Assembly (NCBI GenBank): GCA_963701185.1
Contig: OY969569.1
Span: 731,548 to 795,547 of the forward strand
Reading direction: 5' to 3'
DNA: 64,000 nt
Source: Candidatus Gottesmanbacteria bacterium
GTDB taxonomy: Bacteria > Patescibacteriota > Microgenomatia > UBA10105 > UBA927
Shown here: in pieces, positions 20,256-29,986 of the stretch
How positions within the stretch are numbered: the first letter of the stretch is position 1
Layout of the letters: every line of letters starts with the position of its first letter
Made by a program: the position numbers and the translations under genes
The notes under the pieces: generated by a model
Database searches by the model: none
Told to the model about the DNA's origin: nothing
What the model saw: the letters and a program-made list of their open reading frames with translations, nothing else

Positions 20256-21645
20256 ATGAAAGCGGCAAATAGATCGTAAACTCGCTACCCTTGCTAACCT
20301 GGCTTTTGACGTGTATCGCACCATGGTGCGCGTTAATAATCGCCAGGGCAATAGACAGACCAAGTCCGGAGCCGAACGTTTTATCGGTTTTACTCCCTCG
20401 GTAGTACCGTTCAAATATATGGGGTACGTCCTTTTTGTGAATGCCGACGCCGATGTCTCTGATCTGAATGAGTATATGTTCGTCCGTTGTGGTTAATCGG
20501 ATGCGAACCGTGCCTCCACTTGGCGTGTACCGGATTGCGTTATCGATGATATTGATGACGGCACGCGACAGTTTGTCTTTTTTTCCATATGCTTTCACAT
20601 CGGGCTGTATAGCGGTTTCAATTCGTATCTTTTTTTCGGTTGCCAACTTGACGGCAATTTCCTTGAGCTCCCTCAGCAGTTCTGAGATGTCAAAGGTTTC
20701 AAATTGCTGGGTTGCGCTGTCTGCTTCCGACCACGCAAGATCTAAAATATTCTTCACCGTGTTTGTTACTCTTTTGGTATCGATGAGTGTTTCGGAGAGG
20801 GCTTTTTTGTACTCCTCTTTTGTTCGTTCTTTTGCAAGGATGACTTCACTACCGGTTTGAAGGATAGACAGAGGGGTTTTGAGTTCATGGGCAACATCGC
20901 CGATAAACTGGCGTTCGCGGGTAAATGCGTCATGAAGGCGGTCAAGGAGTGTGTTAAACGTCACTGCGAGTTTTTCTATTTCATCACCCGTATGTGGGTT
21001 CGTCACCCGCTCATGTAAGTTATCAGGGTTGATATGTTCAAGTTCTCCCGTAATCGTTGCAACAGGCTGTATAGCACCGCGTGCATTCAGGTATCCCCCA
21101 ATAATCGTAGGAATGAGGAAAATGATAAAGACACCGCCGAGAATGGTCAGAAGTATATTGATGGACTGTTGTATGGCGTCAATCGGATGACCCATAAAGA
21201 CAACACCGACAAAAATATTGTTTTGATGAACAGGACTTACATAAAATCGCATCAGTTGTGTCCCCACGGTTTGATCAGTAAAAAATGGGCGGTCTGTGTT
21301 TTTCGCAGTTTCAAATAATTGCGAGAATCGGGTGTCCGGCGGGTTTGTTGCCTGCGAACTGGTCACTGTCTTTCCCGCGCTATTGGTTATAACAACAAGC
21401 ATTCCCGGAAGCTGGCTAAATTCCTGCAGAAAGGATTGCGCGGCAAAGGCTTCATGCATCGTGCCGTTTGTCTGGGTAACGATCTCGATAATTTTATTGC
21501 TGTGTTCGATGAGCGTCCTATCAACCTGTGAGAACAGCGTTTGTTTGGTGAGAATGAAGAAACTTATGAAGATGATCGCGATGGCAAGGATAAACGATGC
21601 CGTATACCAGAGTGTCAGACGGAAGAGAATACTTTTCGTGTTCAT
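20248..21645 (-). CDS. Sensor histidine kinase (HAMP, CusS/CzcS-like)
   Basis: AHELKTPL, NIIDNAIRY, DIGVGI, GSGLGL. Confidence 0.92.
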   Translation of the reverse strand: MNTKSILFRLTLWYTASFILAIAIIFISFFILTKQTLFSQVDRTLIEHSNKIIEIVTQTNGTMHEAFAAQSFLQEFSQLPGMLVVITNSAGKTVTSSQATNPPDTRFSQLFETAKNTDRPFFTDQTVGTQLMRFYVSPVHQNNIFVGVVFMGHPIDAIQQSINILLTILGGVFIIFLIPTIIGGYLNARGAIQPVATITGELEHINPDNLHERVTNPHTGDEIEKLAVTFNTLLDRLHDAFTRERQFIGDVAHELKTPLSILQTGSEVILAKERTKEEYKKALSETLIDTKRVTNTVKNILDLAWSEADSATQQFETFDISELLRELKEIAVKLATEKKIRIETAIQPDVKAYGKKDKLSRAVINIIDNAIRYTPSGGTVRIRLTTTDEHILIQIRDIGVGIHKKDVPHIFERYYRGSKTDKTFGSGLGLSIALAIINAHHGAIHVKSQVSKGSEFTIYLPLSSS

Positions 21646-22319
21646 GGATGCACACTTATTTTATACCCGATGCCATGAATTGTATGCACGAGTTTGATTT
21701 TGGAATTTTTATCGACTTTCCGCCTCAAGGCTGCGACAAATACATCAACGACGTTACTCATGCTGTCAAAATTATAATCCCACACGTGTTCGGTAATCAT
21801 CGTTCGGGTAACCACTTCTCCTTTGTGGCGCAGTAATAACTCTAAAATGGCAAACTCCTTCGGCGTCAGTTTTATTTCATTTCCGGCTCTCTGGGCGATG
21901 TGTTTCATCGGATCGAGTGTGAGATCATCAAGCGATAGTGTGAGTGTCGGCGCAAGCTGAGTGCTTCTCCTGATAAGCGCATGGATACGGCTGCGTAGTT
22001 CCAAAAAGGAAAATGGTTTACCCAGATAATCATCCGCACCGCTATCCAGGCCGGAAACCCGGTCATCCACCGTAGTTTTAGCGGTAAGCATGAGAATGGG
22101 AGTCTTTATTCCTTTTTTCCGCAGTTCCCGGCAGACAGTCAACCCATTCTTTTTCGGTATCATGACATCCAATATGATAAGGTCGTATGTTTCAGATTCT
22201 GCCAAATACTGACCTTCTTCACCGTCATACGCTGCGTCTACTGCGAATCCCTCTTCAACCAGACCTTGTTTAACGACATGAGATAAGCGGCGTTCATCCT
22301 CTACGACGAGAATTCTCAT
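21642..22319 (-). CDS. OmpR/PhoB-family response regulator
   Basis: MRILVVEDE, LDVMIP, GADDYLGKPF, winged helix (GIGY). Confidence 0.93.
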   Translation of the reverse strand: MRILVVEDERRLSHVVKQGLVEEGFAVDAAYDGEEGQYLAESETYDLIILDVMIPKKNGLTVCRELRKKGIKTPILMLTAKTTVDDRVSGLDSGADDYLGKPFSFLELRSRIHALIRRSTQLAPTLTLSLDDLTLDPMKHIAQRAGNEIKLTPKEFAILELLLRHKGEVVTRTMITEHVWDYNFDSMSNVVDVFVAALRRKVDKNSKIKLVHTIHGIGYKISVHP

Positions 22320-22341
22320 ACCTGCATTATACGCTAAAATT

Positions 22342-22411
22342 ATGAAGGAATTATTAAGATTTGATCGTAACGATTGTGGGACGTTCATTCCTATATTCAT
22401 GAAATCTTCAT
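22342..22411. promoter_or_regulatory. Divergent promoter region with two direct-repeat boxes (22342-22358 minus; 22395-22411 plus)
   Basis: CTTAAT-aattc-CTTCAT 10 nt before TATAAT (regulator side); ATTCAT-gaaat-CTTCAT on the plus side. Confidence 0.55.
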
Positions 22412-22466
22412 ATTTAAAAGTGTTTAATACGAAACACCGCAATAATAGCGTGGCAGAGGAGGCTCT

Positions 22467-22967
22467 ATGAGTGGAGAAACCAAATTTATTATCGGTGTGT
22501 CGGTTGTTACTGTTGCAATAATCGTCGGGGCAATCGTGCTCTTCAGCAATCAAAAACCGGCACCCAAACGGGAAGAATTAGGATCCGCAAGCATGACGAT
22601 TGATAAAAAGTCCGAGGATTTTGGCTCCATGAAGGTCAGTGATGAGCGGCGTGCCGCATTTACCATAACCAATACAGGCGACTCGATTCTCCGGATCTGG
22701 AAAGTAGCGACCTCCTGCGACTGTACGGCGGCGACCGTTAAAATCGGCGACACGGAAACTCCGGAGTTTAGTATGGCAGGGATGATGAGTTCGGAGCGCG
22801 CCAACTGGCTCGGTGAAGTGCCTGCAGGTAAAAACGCTGTTTTGACCGTTATCTACCGGCCGAGCGTTATGCCGGTTAACGGTCCGATTACCCGTCAGGT
22901 AAACTTTTCAACCAACGACCCGAATAACCCGGATGTGCAAGTCAGCATCTCGGCGAATGTACTATAA
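22467..22967 (+). CDS. DUF1573-like Ig-fold protein with N-terminal TM
   Basis: FTITNTG...TSCDCT. Confidence 0.7.
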   Translation: MSGETKFIIGVSVVTVAIIVGAIVLFSNQKPAPKREELGSASMTIDKKSEDFGSMKVSDERRAAFTITNTGDSILRIWKVATSCDCTAATVKIGDTETPEFSMAGMMSSERANWLGEVPAGKNAVLTVIYRPSVMPVNGPITRQVNFSTNDPNNPDVQVSISANVL

Positions 22968-23046
22968 AATTTTTAATCAATTTTTATTTTCTTAATTTTT
23001 AGTATTCAATGAAAATTTCAAATTAAAAATTGAAAATTAAGACTTT

Positions 23047-23892
23047 ATGAACAGCTTAGCTCTCATACAAAGTATTTCCTTAATTACAGCGTTTTTTGGC
23101 GGCATGGTGGCACTGTTTGCGCCGTGCTGCATCACGTTCCTTCTTCCAAGCTACCTCGCCAATATCTTCCGGGGCCGGAAAAATATTTTAGGGCTCACGC
23201 TCCTGTTTGGCCTGGGCATTGCAACCGTTCTTGTCCCGGCCGCCCTGGGAATCAGGGCTGTGGGACAGCTCTTTCAAAAATTCCATACCCAGACATATCT
23301 TGTCGGCGGCGCATTCATGGTCATTTTGGGTCTTATGGAGCTGACCGGCAAAAAAATTACAATTCCGATGCTCAACCTCACCATCGACCTTAACGCACAT
23401 AAAAGTCCCTGGGCAGTGTACGTCCTGGGTGTATTTTCCGGCATCACCTCGAGTTGCTGCACGCCGGTTCTTGCCGGTATTTTAACATTAAGTTTCCTCT
23501 CCCCCTCTTTCCTGTGGGCCGGTCTTGCCGGAGTAGCCTATGTCGCCGGCATGGTTGTACCGCTTGTTATCCTTGCTCTTCTTTTGGACCGCGTTGATTG
23601 GCAGAAAATGATGAATATAAAAGGGAAAACAGTGAATCTTTTTGGGAAAGCAAGACTACTGACCGACGTCGTTGCAGGATTCCTGTTTATCGCGGTAGGC
23701 ATACTGTTTAGCGCCCTGGCCGCTTCCGGCAATATCGCCATGGGCACCACAAAACCGGTTGAGGCAACGCTTGGGACGGGTGTTATGAATATCGTAAGAA
23801 GCGTTCGCTCTATTCCGGGGAGCGAATTTTTCTTTGCCGCGGCTCTCATTATAACCATCGTCATTGTTATATGGAAAGGAAAAAAAGTATGA
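23047..23892 (+). CDS. CcdA/DsbD-type membrane protein (second paralog)
   Basis: APCCITFLLP, SSCCTPVL. Confidence 0.8.
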   Translation: MNSLALIQSISLITAFFGGMVALFAPCCITFLLPSYLANIFRGRKNILGLTLLFGLGIATVLVPAALGIRAVGQLFQKFHTQTYLVGGAFMVILGLMELTGKKITIPMLNLTIDLNAHKSPWAVYVLGVFSGITSSCCTPVLAGILTLSFLSPSFLWAGLAGVAYVAGMVVPLVILALLLDRVDWQKMMNIKGKTVNLFGKARLLTDVVAGFLFIAVGILFSALAASGNIAMGTTKPVEATLGTGVMNIVRSVRSIPGSEFFFAAALIITIVIVIWKGKKV

Positions 23893-25095
23893 AAAAAACA
23901 TCCAATGAATTACCAAAAAAGGCAACGACAGTTCTCGTTCTCGTATCGCTCGTCCTGACCGGATATCTTTTGGGTGCCAAACAGGATGCACTGCGAGGTA
24001 TTCTTGCCAATCCGTTTTCTGCCGGCTATCGTCAGCAAAATGCGGTGAGTGCAAAACAGCTGGCTGGAATGATGAAAAACAAGGATTTTACGCTCATTAA
24101 CGTCCACACGCCGTACGAGGGTGAAATACCTAAAACCGACGCATTTATCGCCTACGATAAAATCGTCGAGAATTCGGCAAGCCTTCCCAAAGATAAGAAC
24201 GCGCCGATTATCCTCTACTGCCATACCGGCCGCATGAGCGATGAGGCCGTCACGACACTCAAAAAAATGGGATACACCAACGTGCGCCAGCTGGCGGGTG
24301 GGACGAACGCGTGGAAAAAAGCCGGACAAACCGTCATGGACCTCCAGTCACTGACTGACGAGGTGCTTCCGAAAAATGGTGCGACGCTTTCCGTGTCCTG
24401 GGGTGATATCTGGCCGAAACTCGTCGCGGCCGGGGTCATAGATCTTGCGAAGTTCAAAGAAACGGTCAAGCCGACGCCCGACCAGGAAAAAATTCTGACG
24501 GAAGGATCGGATGAAAAAATTACCATCACTGCCGAAAACAGTCAGTTTATTGTCGATGCGCTGTGGGCATTGGGTCTGGCGCAAAAAAGTACCGTCTATA
24601 CGGACGGCCCGATGGGCAAGGAGTATAAAAAAGAGGCCGGTAACTTCTCATCAACCGGCGGGTGGACATTGGCGCGCGGCAACGCAACGGACTATCTTGG
24701 CCAGCTTGACGTCATTCCGTTGACGGATGCCCAGCAGAAAAAAGTTGCGGAGATTGCCAAAAACGTCTATCGCCCGTGCTGCGGCAATTCAACATGGTTT
24801 CCGGACTGCAACCATGGCATGGCGGCCCTTGCGGCTATAGAACTCATGGTGTACGCAGGAATGGAAGAAAAACAGATTTATAAAGAGGTGCTCGCCTTAA
24901 ACAGCTTTTTCTTTCCGCACGAATTATCTCACGACTGCGACCTATTTTGCGAGGGCTGGTACACCGTGGGATAAAGTGGACGCCAAAGAGGCCTTGGGCG
25001 CCACATACTCAGGCGGCCAGGGTGCGGCAGAAATTTCCAAAAAAGTGGGTCCCCTGCCCTACGGACAGAAGTCAGCCGGCGGCTGCGGCGCGTAA
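23889..25095 (+). pseudogene. Rhodanese domain plus Cys-rich C-terminal domain, frameshifted near 24917
   Basis: YCHTGRMS rhodanese loop; RPCCGN..PDCNHG; a shifted frame continues TNYLTTATYF...GGCGA* to 25095. Confidence 0.7.
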
Positions 25096-25098
25096 CAT

Positions 25099-25517
25099 AT
25101 GATCATACTGCCAATAGTAAGTGGCATCTATCGACAATCGGATTACTTGCTCTATACGGGGTGACGTTAATTACACTCAACGGGTGGCCGGGTTCGCTCG
25201 AAGAAATTCAGTCGCTCTGGTGGCTTCTGGTGCCGCTTGCCATAGCCTTCGGGACACAGGTGGGCATGTTTGTTGCTCTCAAGCGGCGCGCACGGATTCA
25301 CGGGGCTACATCGCTTGCAGGAGGTGGCGCGTCCGCGGGCGTGAGCATGCTTGCCTGCTGCGTCCATCATGCAACGGATGCGCTCCCGCTTTTGGGCATG
25401 TCGGCTGTGGGATTTTTTCTCATCCGTTTTCAAAAACCGCTGCTTGTCGCGAGTATCGCCATAAATAGTATCGGCATCTGGTATATGTACAAACACTTAA
25501 AAAAGGCGTCGCTATGA
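25099..25517 (+). CDS. Membrane protein with ACCxHH motif (apparent 1-nt frameshift near 25129)
   Basis: SMLACCVHHA; the ATG at 25099 joins the main frame only with one extra base. Confidence 0.6.
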
Positions 25518-25936
25518 TCAAAATACTACTCCCCATCCTTGCCGTGCTCGTGGCAATAATTCTTCTCCGGAATAAACCGGCAGCAGGGCCGTCACCGGTC
25601 CCATTTGAAACAAAACAAAATACTGAGGCAAATGTGGAGATATCTGTGACGCCGCAAACACTCACGCCGGGTAAACAGGCAACATTTCAGATATCTTTTA
25701 CTACGCACTCCGTGGACCTCAATTTTGACGTTGCGGGCAGTGCGGAATTGGTTGATGAAAAAAACAATATTCTGGGGAAAGCCGTGTGGGATGGCACCCC
25801 GCCGGGCGGCCATCACCGCAGCGGTGCGCTGACGTTTTCAGCCCCTCTCCCTAAACAAATAAAATCCGTCACTCTTACCCTCGCGGATATTTCCGGAATC
25901 GCAACACGTACGTTTGAATGGAAGGTGATAGAATAA
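25514..25936 (+). CDS. Exported protein with THSVDL and GGHH putative metal motifs
   Basis: Signal anchor, His motifs, operon position. Confidence 0.6.
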   Translation: MIKILLPILAVLVAIILLRNKPAAGPSPVPFETKQNTEANVEISVTPQTLTPGKQATFQISFTTHSVDLNFDVAGSAELVDEKNNILGKAVWDGTPPGGHHRSGALTFSAPLPKQIKSVTLTLADISGIATRTFEWKVIE

Positions 25937-26082
25937 TGAAAGATTGGCTTTTATTATTCGCTATTCTTGCATGTCCTCTTGTACATATATTTTTTATGCG
26001 ACACAATGATCATAAACAACGAAACCCTCCTTCGCTAAAGCTTCGGAGGGCGAGGGGAGGTGAACACCATCATGAAACATAA
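25936..26082 (+). CDS. Small DUF2933-like protein carrying an in-frame repeat
   Basis: Manual translation MKDWLLLFAILACPLVHIFFMRH...PPSLKLRRAR..HHHET. Confidence 0.55.
   Translation: MKDWLLLFAILACPLVHIFFMRHNDHKQRNPPSLKLRRARGGEHHHET
26025..26054. repeat. 30-bp palindromic repeat (CGCTAAAGCT core)
   Basis: CCCTCCTTCGCTAAAGCTTCGGAGGGCGAG. Confidence 0.7.
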
Positions 26083-26338
26083 CCCCATCGCAACTGCCAA
26101 CGCGGCCGCGGCCACAATAGCAGTCATTTATGTCGTATGCGCACTGTTTTTTGTGATTGCTCCGGATCTGTCAATGGCCATTGCAAAAACCTGGTTTCAC
26201 GGCATCGATATTTCGCTCATAGATGCGCGGATAGCCACTTTCGGTTCGTTTATCCTGGGTTTGGTTTCTGCCACCGTCAGCGCCTGGCTCGTAGGATATT
26301 TATTTGCCGTCATATATAATAAACTCACAGAAAAATGA
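26072..26338 (+). CDS. 2-TM membrane protein (DUF5676-like)
   Basis: YVVCA..WFHG..FAVIYN pattern; GGAGGTG RBS. Confidence 0.6.
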   Translation: MKHNPIATANAAAATIAVIYVVCALFFVIAPDLSMAIAKTWFHGIDISLIDARIATFGSFILGLVSATVSAWLVGYLFAVIYNKLTEK

Positions 26339-26352
26339 GGAGGTGAGTGTTT

Positions 26353-26481
26353 ATGATGGGATATTATGGGGGCATGATGGGTTCGTGGGGTCTGTTTGGG
26401 TCACTAACCTGGCTCCTGTTGATCATCTTTTTAATTCTCGGCATCGCGTACTTCTGGAAAGAGATCAATAAAAAACGATGA
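26353..26481 (+). CDS. Small Gly/Met-rich membrane protein
   Basis: Manual translation MMGYYGGMMGSWG plus TM; strong RBS GAGGAGGTG. Confidence 0.55.
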   Translation: MMGYYGGMMGSWGLFGSLTWLLLIIFLILGIAYFWKEINKKR

Positions 26482-26786
26482 CGCTGTTTCAGAAAAAAAC
26501 GTATCAACTACTGACCACCGTCCCGCGTGGCCGTGTAACGACATACAAGGCCTTAGCCGATGCGCTGGGAACCAAGGGCTACCGCGCGATTGGGCAATTC
26601 ATGAAACATAATCCGTACGCCCCTGCAGTCCCCTGCCACCGTGTGGTGGCGTCTACTGGCACCATCGGAGGATTTAATGGCGGAATTACCAAGAAAATCC
26701 GCATGCTGCGGGAGGAAGGAGTTAAAATTTCCGGAAAAAATATTATCGATTTCCCTACCGTGTTATTTCCTTTTCCAGACTCTTGA
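26478..26786 (+). CDS. MGMT/Ogt-family methylated-DNA-protein-cysteine methyltransferase domain
   Basis: VPRGRVTTY, PCHRV. Confidence 0.88.
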   Translation: MTLFQKKTYQLLTTVPRGRVTTYKALADALGTKGYRAIGQFMKHNPYAPAVPCHRVVASTGTIGGFNGGITKKIRMLREEGVKISGKNIIDFPTVLFPFPDS

Positions 26787-27402
26787 TGCTCGGAATCACG
26801 AGCTGCCTCCGGCGACAGTCAATGAGTCCGCGTTTTTTGAGTATCGCCACCTGCATACTTGCTGTTTCCCGCGTCGTACCGATCCAGGAAGCAATTTCCC
26901 GATGTGTCAAAGGCACAGGAAGAACGACGGACGATGCATCTTTTTCACCGAGATTGCGGGCCAAGAACAGCAGCAAAAGTACCGTTTTCTGATACGCGGT
27001 GCCCGTAATAAGGTGCTCAATGCGCCTCCTGCACCCGCACAGACCCAATAGAAGCCGCCGCGCCAAATCATAGACAACCGGAGGATTATCATGTAAGAAT
27101 TTTCTGACCGCTTCTTTAGGCGCCCGCCATATCTCAACCGGGGTCACCGTCTCGAGATAATACCGGTTCGGCTCGTTATTGATGACCCAGGTCATCGGAA
27201 AAAATGACCCTGGTTTAAAAATATGAAGGATAAGCATGGTGCCCGACCGGCTTACCGTAAACTGACGTACGTATCCTTTTTTGAGGTATAACACGCCGCG
27301 CGGGGTATCTTCCGCCCGGAGAATGACATCCCCTTTCCGGTATGTGAGACGCGTAAACTTACCGAAAAACGCCTCAAGCGTTTCGGCGACCAGAGAATCC
27401 AT
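26755..27402 (-). CDS. Crp/Fnr-family transcriptional regulator
   Basis: cNMP-binding domain plus LTHREIASWIGTTRETAS HTH. Confidence 0.88.
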   Translation of the reverse strand: MDSLVAETLEAFFGKFTRLTYRKGDVILRAEDTPRGVLYLKKGYVRQFTVSRSGTMLILHIFKPGSFFPMTWVINNEPNRYYLETVTPVEIWRAPKEAVRKFLHDNPPVVYDLARRLLLGLCGCRRRIEHLITGTAYQKTVLLLLFLARNLGEKDASSVVLPVPLTHREIASWIGTTRETASMQVAILKKRGLIDCRRRQLVIPSIKSLEKEITR

Positions 27403-27440
27403 ATTCTAGTATTCCATGCGTGATGTGGTATAGTAAACAT

Positions 27441-27860
27441 ATGAAACACACTCTACGTTTAAACCGGATTATTTTCGTTCTTGCCATCATGGGAATTCTC
27501 ATTGCCGCCTACGTCACCCAAAGCTTTTTACGGAACACCGGCATTATCTGCGTATCGAGCGGCTGTGAGTTGGTACGCAAAAATCCGGCAAGTTATCTGT
27601 GGGGCGTTCCGGTGCCGTCGGTAGGACTCCTTGGCTACTCCGTTATCGCAATCCTTGCGTTTTTACGGACAACAAATCCCGCAAAAGGCCTGTTGTACGG
27701 AATTCTGGGAATGACGGCATTCGGCGTTGTATTCACCAGCTGGTTTACGTACACGGAGCTCTTTGTTATTAAGGGGATCTGTACGTGGTGCGCAATCTCC
27801 ACCGTTAACATGTTTGTGTTGTTTGGTTTAGCCCTCAAAAGTTACCAATTGGAAAAATAA
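27441..27860 (+). CDS. Vitamin K epoxide reductase (VKOR) family
   Basis: Loop Cys pair and CTWC. Confidence 0.85.
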   Translation: MKHTLRLNRIIFVLAIMGILIAAYVTQSFLRNTGIICVSSGCELVRKNPASYLWGVPVPSVGLLGYSVIAILAFLRTTNPAKGLLYGILGMTAFGVVFTSWFTYTELFVIKGICTWCAISTVNMFVLFGLALKSYQLEK

Positions 27861-27861
27861 T

Positions 27862-28608
27862 ATGTTTGACCTGTCCGGCAAAGTTGCACTCGTCACCGGC
27901 GCTTCCAGCGGTATGGGAAGAGCTTCAGCCATCGCCTTGGCAAATCAGGGAGCTAAAGTTGTTGTCAGCGCCCGCCGGCTCGACCGTCTTCAGGCACTCG
28001 TTGCAGAAATCAAAAATCACGGCCACGATGCCTTCGCAGTCCAGATGGATGTAACAAAAAAAACGGAGGTTGACGCAGCCGTCGCCGCCGCAGTAAATAC
28101 ATTCGGCCGTCTGGACATTCTCGTCAATAATGCCGGGGCACTCGACTACTCCCCGTTTCTTACCATGACGGAAGAAAAATGGGATCTCATCATCGACACC
28201 AACCTCAAGGGGTATTTTTATGCAGCGCAGGCTGCCGCGCGCGAAATGGCAAAAAATAAATGGGGCCGTATTATCAATATTGCGTCTATCGCATCCGGAG
28301 GAGCCGGGATTGGCATGGCAAACCTTGTTCATTATACCGCCAGTAAAGGCGGCGTGATCGGCATGACCGAGGCACTCGCGGCAGAACTCGGACAGTATAA
28401 TATTCTCGTTAACGCCATCGGTCCGGGAGGCATTGATACGGAAATGACTAAAGGCATCGACGCATCGTCATTCACCAGCCGGCTGTCCGTTAAGCGCCTC
28501 GGCAAACCCGAAGAAATCGCGGCCGCAGTCGTCTATTTTGCGTCAGAGGAAGCGGGCTACACCACAGGATCAACCCTTTATGTTGATGGCGGATGGTTAG
28601 CACAATAA
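27862..28608 (+). CDS. SDR oxidoreductase
   Basis: TGASSGMG, NNAG, YTASK. Confidence 0.92.
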   Translation: MFDLSGKVALVTGASSGMGRASAIALANQGAKVVVSARRLDRLQALVAEIKNHGHDAFAVQMDVTKKTEVDAAVAAAVNTFGRLDILVNNAGALDYSPFLTMTEEKWDLIIDTNLKGYFYAAQAAAREMAKNKWGRIINIASIASGGAGIGMANLVHYTASKGGVIGMTEALAAELGQYNILVNAIGPGGIDTEMTKGIDASSFTSRLSVKRLGKPEEIAAAVVYFASEEAGYTTGSTLYVDGGWLAQ

Positions 28609-28624
28609 GGAGGAGGTGATACGT

Positions 28625-28768
28625 ATGGCAAAGAAAACAAAAATGAAATTAGACGTCATGAGTATCACCGTACTGCTCGTTATGGCAATTTTCGGCGGAC
28701 TTATTGGTTTCTACGTCGGACAAGCGGCAGGAATCAATGCGGCAATTCAGACTGTTGGAATAAGATAA
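28625..28768 (+). CDS. Small single-TM protein
   Basis: 47 aa, strong RBS AGGAGGAGGTGA. Confidence 0.5.
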   Translation: MAKKTKMKLDVMSITVLLVMAIFGGLIGFYVGQAAGINAAIQTVGIR

Positions 28769-28788
28769 AAACGTGTTTAACCGAAACA

Positions 28789-28814
28789 TCCCGCGGAGCT
28801 TTAGCGAAGTGGGA
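28789..28814. repeat. Palindromic repeat (CGCTAAAGCT family) between convergent genes; probable terminator
   Basis: TCCCGCGGAGCTTTAGCGAAGTGGGA followed by TTTTT. Confidence 0.6.
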
Positions 28815-28824
28815 TTTTTCGTGG

Positions 28825-29484
28825 CTAGAGGTAGAGCGCCACGGTCATGTTCCAGAAGATATGAACGAGAATCGGGGCGACGAGCGAACCTGTGTTGTAA
28901 TAGAGCAAACTGTTGGCTACCGCCAACACCAAATCCGTCACGATAAAAAGAACCAACGTCATCCCCTGCAATCTGGTCGCCGTCACCAGAATCGGTATAT
29001 GAAGAAGGACAAACATCACCGATGAAACAGTGGTTGAATACAACAAATTCTTTGTTTTTTCATACAGCCGGTTAAAAACGAATCCGCGTGAGAGTAATTC
29101 CTCCGTAAATGCTGTTGCCAGTGACAGAATAATGAGGAAAAATCCGTACTGCTGGAACGCGGCAATTGGATTAACGTCCAGTTTCCCATACTTGATGGCA
29201 TGGGTGGCCAGTCCTTCGAGCGCAAAGACGACGCCGAATCCCAATCCTATGTATACGCTGGTAAAGAAATTGTGCCAGGTGAGACCGATCGACGCGAGTC
29301 TCTCTTTTTCTTTGTTACGGACATACCAGATAACCGGCGCCACAAACACAAGAGGTTTGAAGATAAACTCATCAGCCCATTCCGGAAGTTTGAAAAAATA
29401 CCGGTACAGGCTCCACGCCAGGAGAATCCACGCCCAGAGACGAAAAACACTGGAAACTGACGTCCCTACTTTTTTGACAGCCAT
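28825..29484 (-). CDS. CPBP/CAAX (Abi) intramembrane protease
   Basis: EELLSRG, FVLLH, HIFWN. Confidence 0.88.
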   Translation of the reverse strand: MAVKKVGTSVSSVFRLWAWILLAWSLYRYFFKLPEWADEFIFKPLVFVAPVIWYVRNKEKERLASIGLTWHNFFTSVYIGLGFGVVFALEGLATHAIKYGKLDVNPIAAFQQYGFFLIILSLATAFTEELLSRGFVFNRLYEKTKNLLYSTTVSSVMFVLLHIPILVTATRLQGMTLVLFIVTDLVLAVANSLLYYNTGSLVAPILVHIFWNMTVALYL

Positions 29485-29506
29485 ACTATAACAATACCCC
29501 ACTCGT

Positions 29507-29986
29507 TCATTTCGGTGCAAGTATCAATACCGCTTCACTCATGGTCCCGATTAACTGACTCACGAGTTCTACGGCCGCCGTACGGGTAAGTGACCGCAGA
29601 TTGTGGGGAAAATAGTGAAAAACCAGATTTCTCCCCTCTTTCCACGTATGCCAAAAGCGTGCGGCCAGCTCTACTCCATAGCGATCCGCTATTTGTTTAT
29701 ACGCACTTCGCCCGCCGAGGCGGCGGGCCATATTCGGAGACAGTGCTTTACCGATACGGAAATGGTCGCTGTGGTATTCGCGGTCGGAAATAATGTTGAC
29801 GTCCAAAAATAGTTTCTTCAAAAATCCTTCATAAAGTTTAGCGTATGGAAAAACAAGGTAGGAAAAATCCGTCGGAGGTTGGTCGCGGTGTCGCGCGCTA
29901 TCTTCAATCAAAAATTCCCCGTCGCGGATCAGCGCCCGCATATCCGGGGATAAATACTGCCAGAGGGGTGACGTTTCTTCTATCAT
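29507..29986 (-). CDS. RnlA/RNase LS-like HEPN domain protein
   Basis: DFSYLVFPYAKLYEGFLKK and Rx4H motif RNLVFH. Confidence 0.6.
   Translation of the reverse strand: MIEETSPLWQYLSPDMRALIRDGEFLIEDSARHRDQPPTDFSYLVFPYAKLYEGFLKKLFLDVNIISDREYHSDHFRIGKALSPNMARRLGGRSAYKQIADRYGVELAARFWHTWKEGRNLVFHYFPHNLRSLTRTAAVELVSQLIGTMSEAVLILAPK

Noticed and set aside
22966-23040. AT-rich quasi-palindromic tract as an origin or MITE
   Set aside because: Low-complexity heptamer-like sequence with no DnaA boxes, terminal repeats or target duplication.
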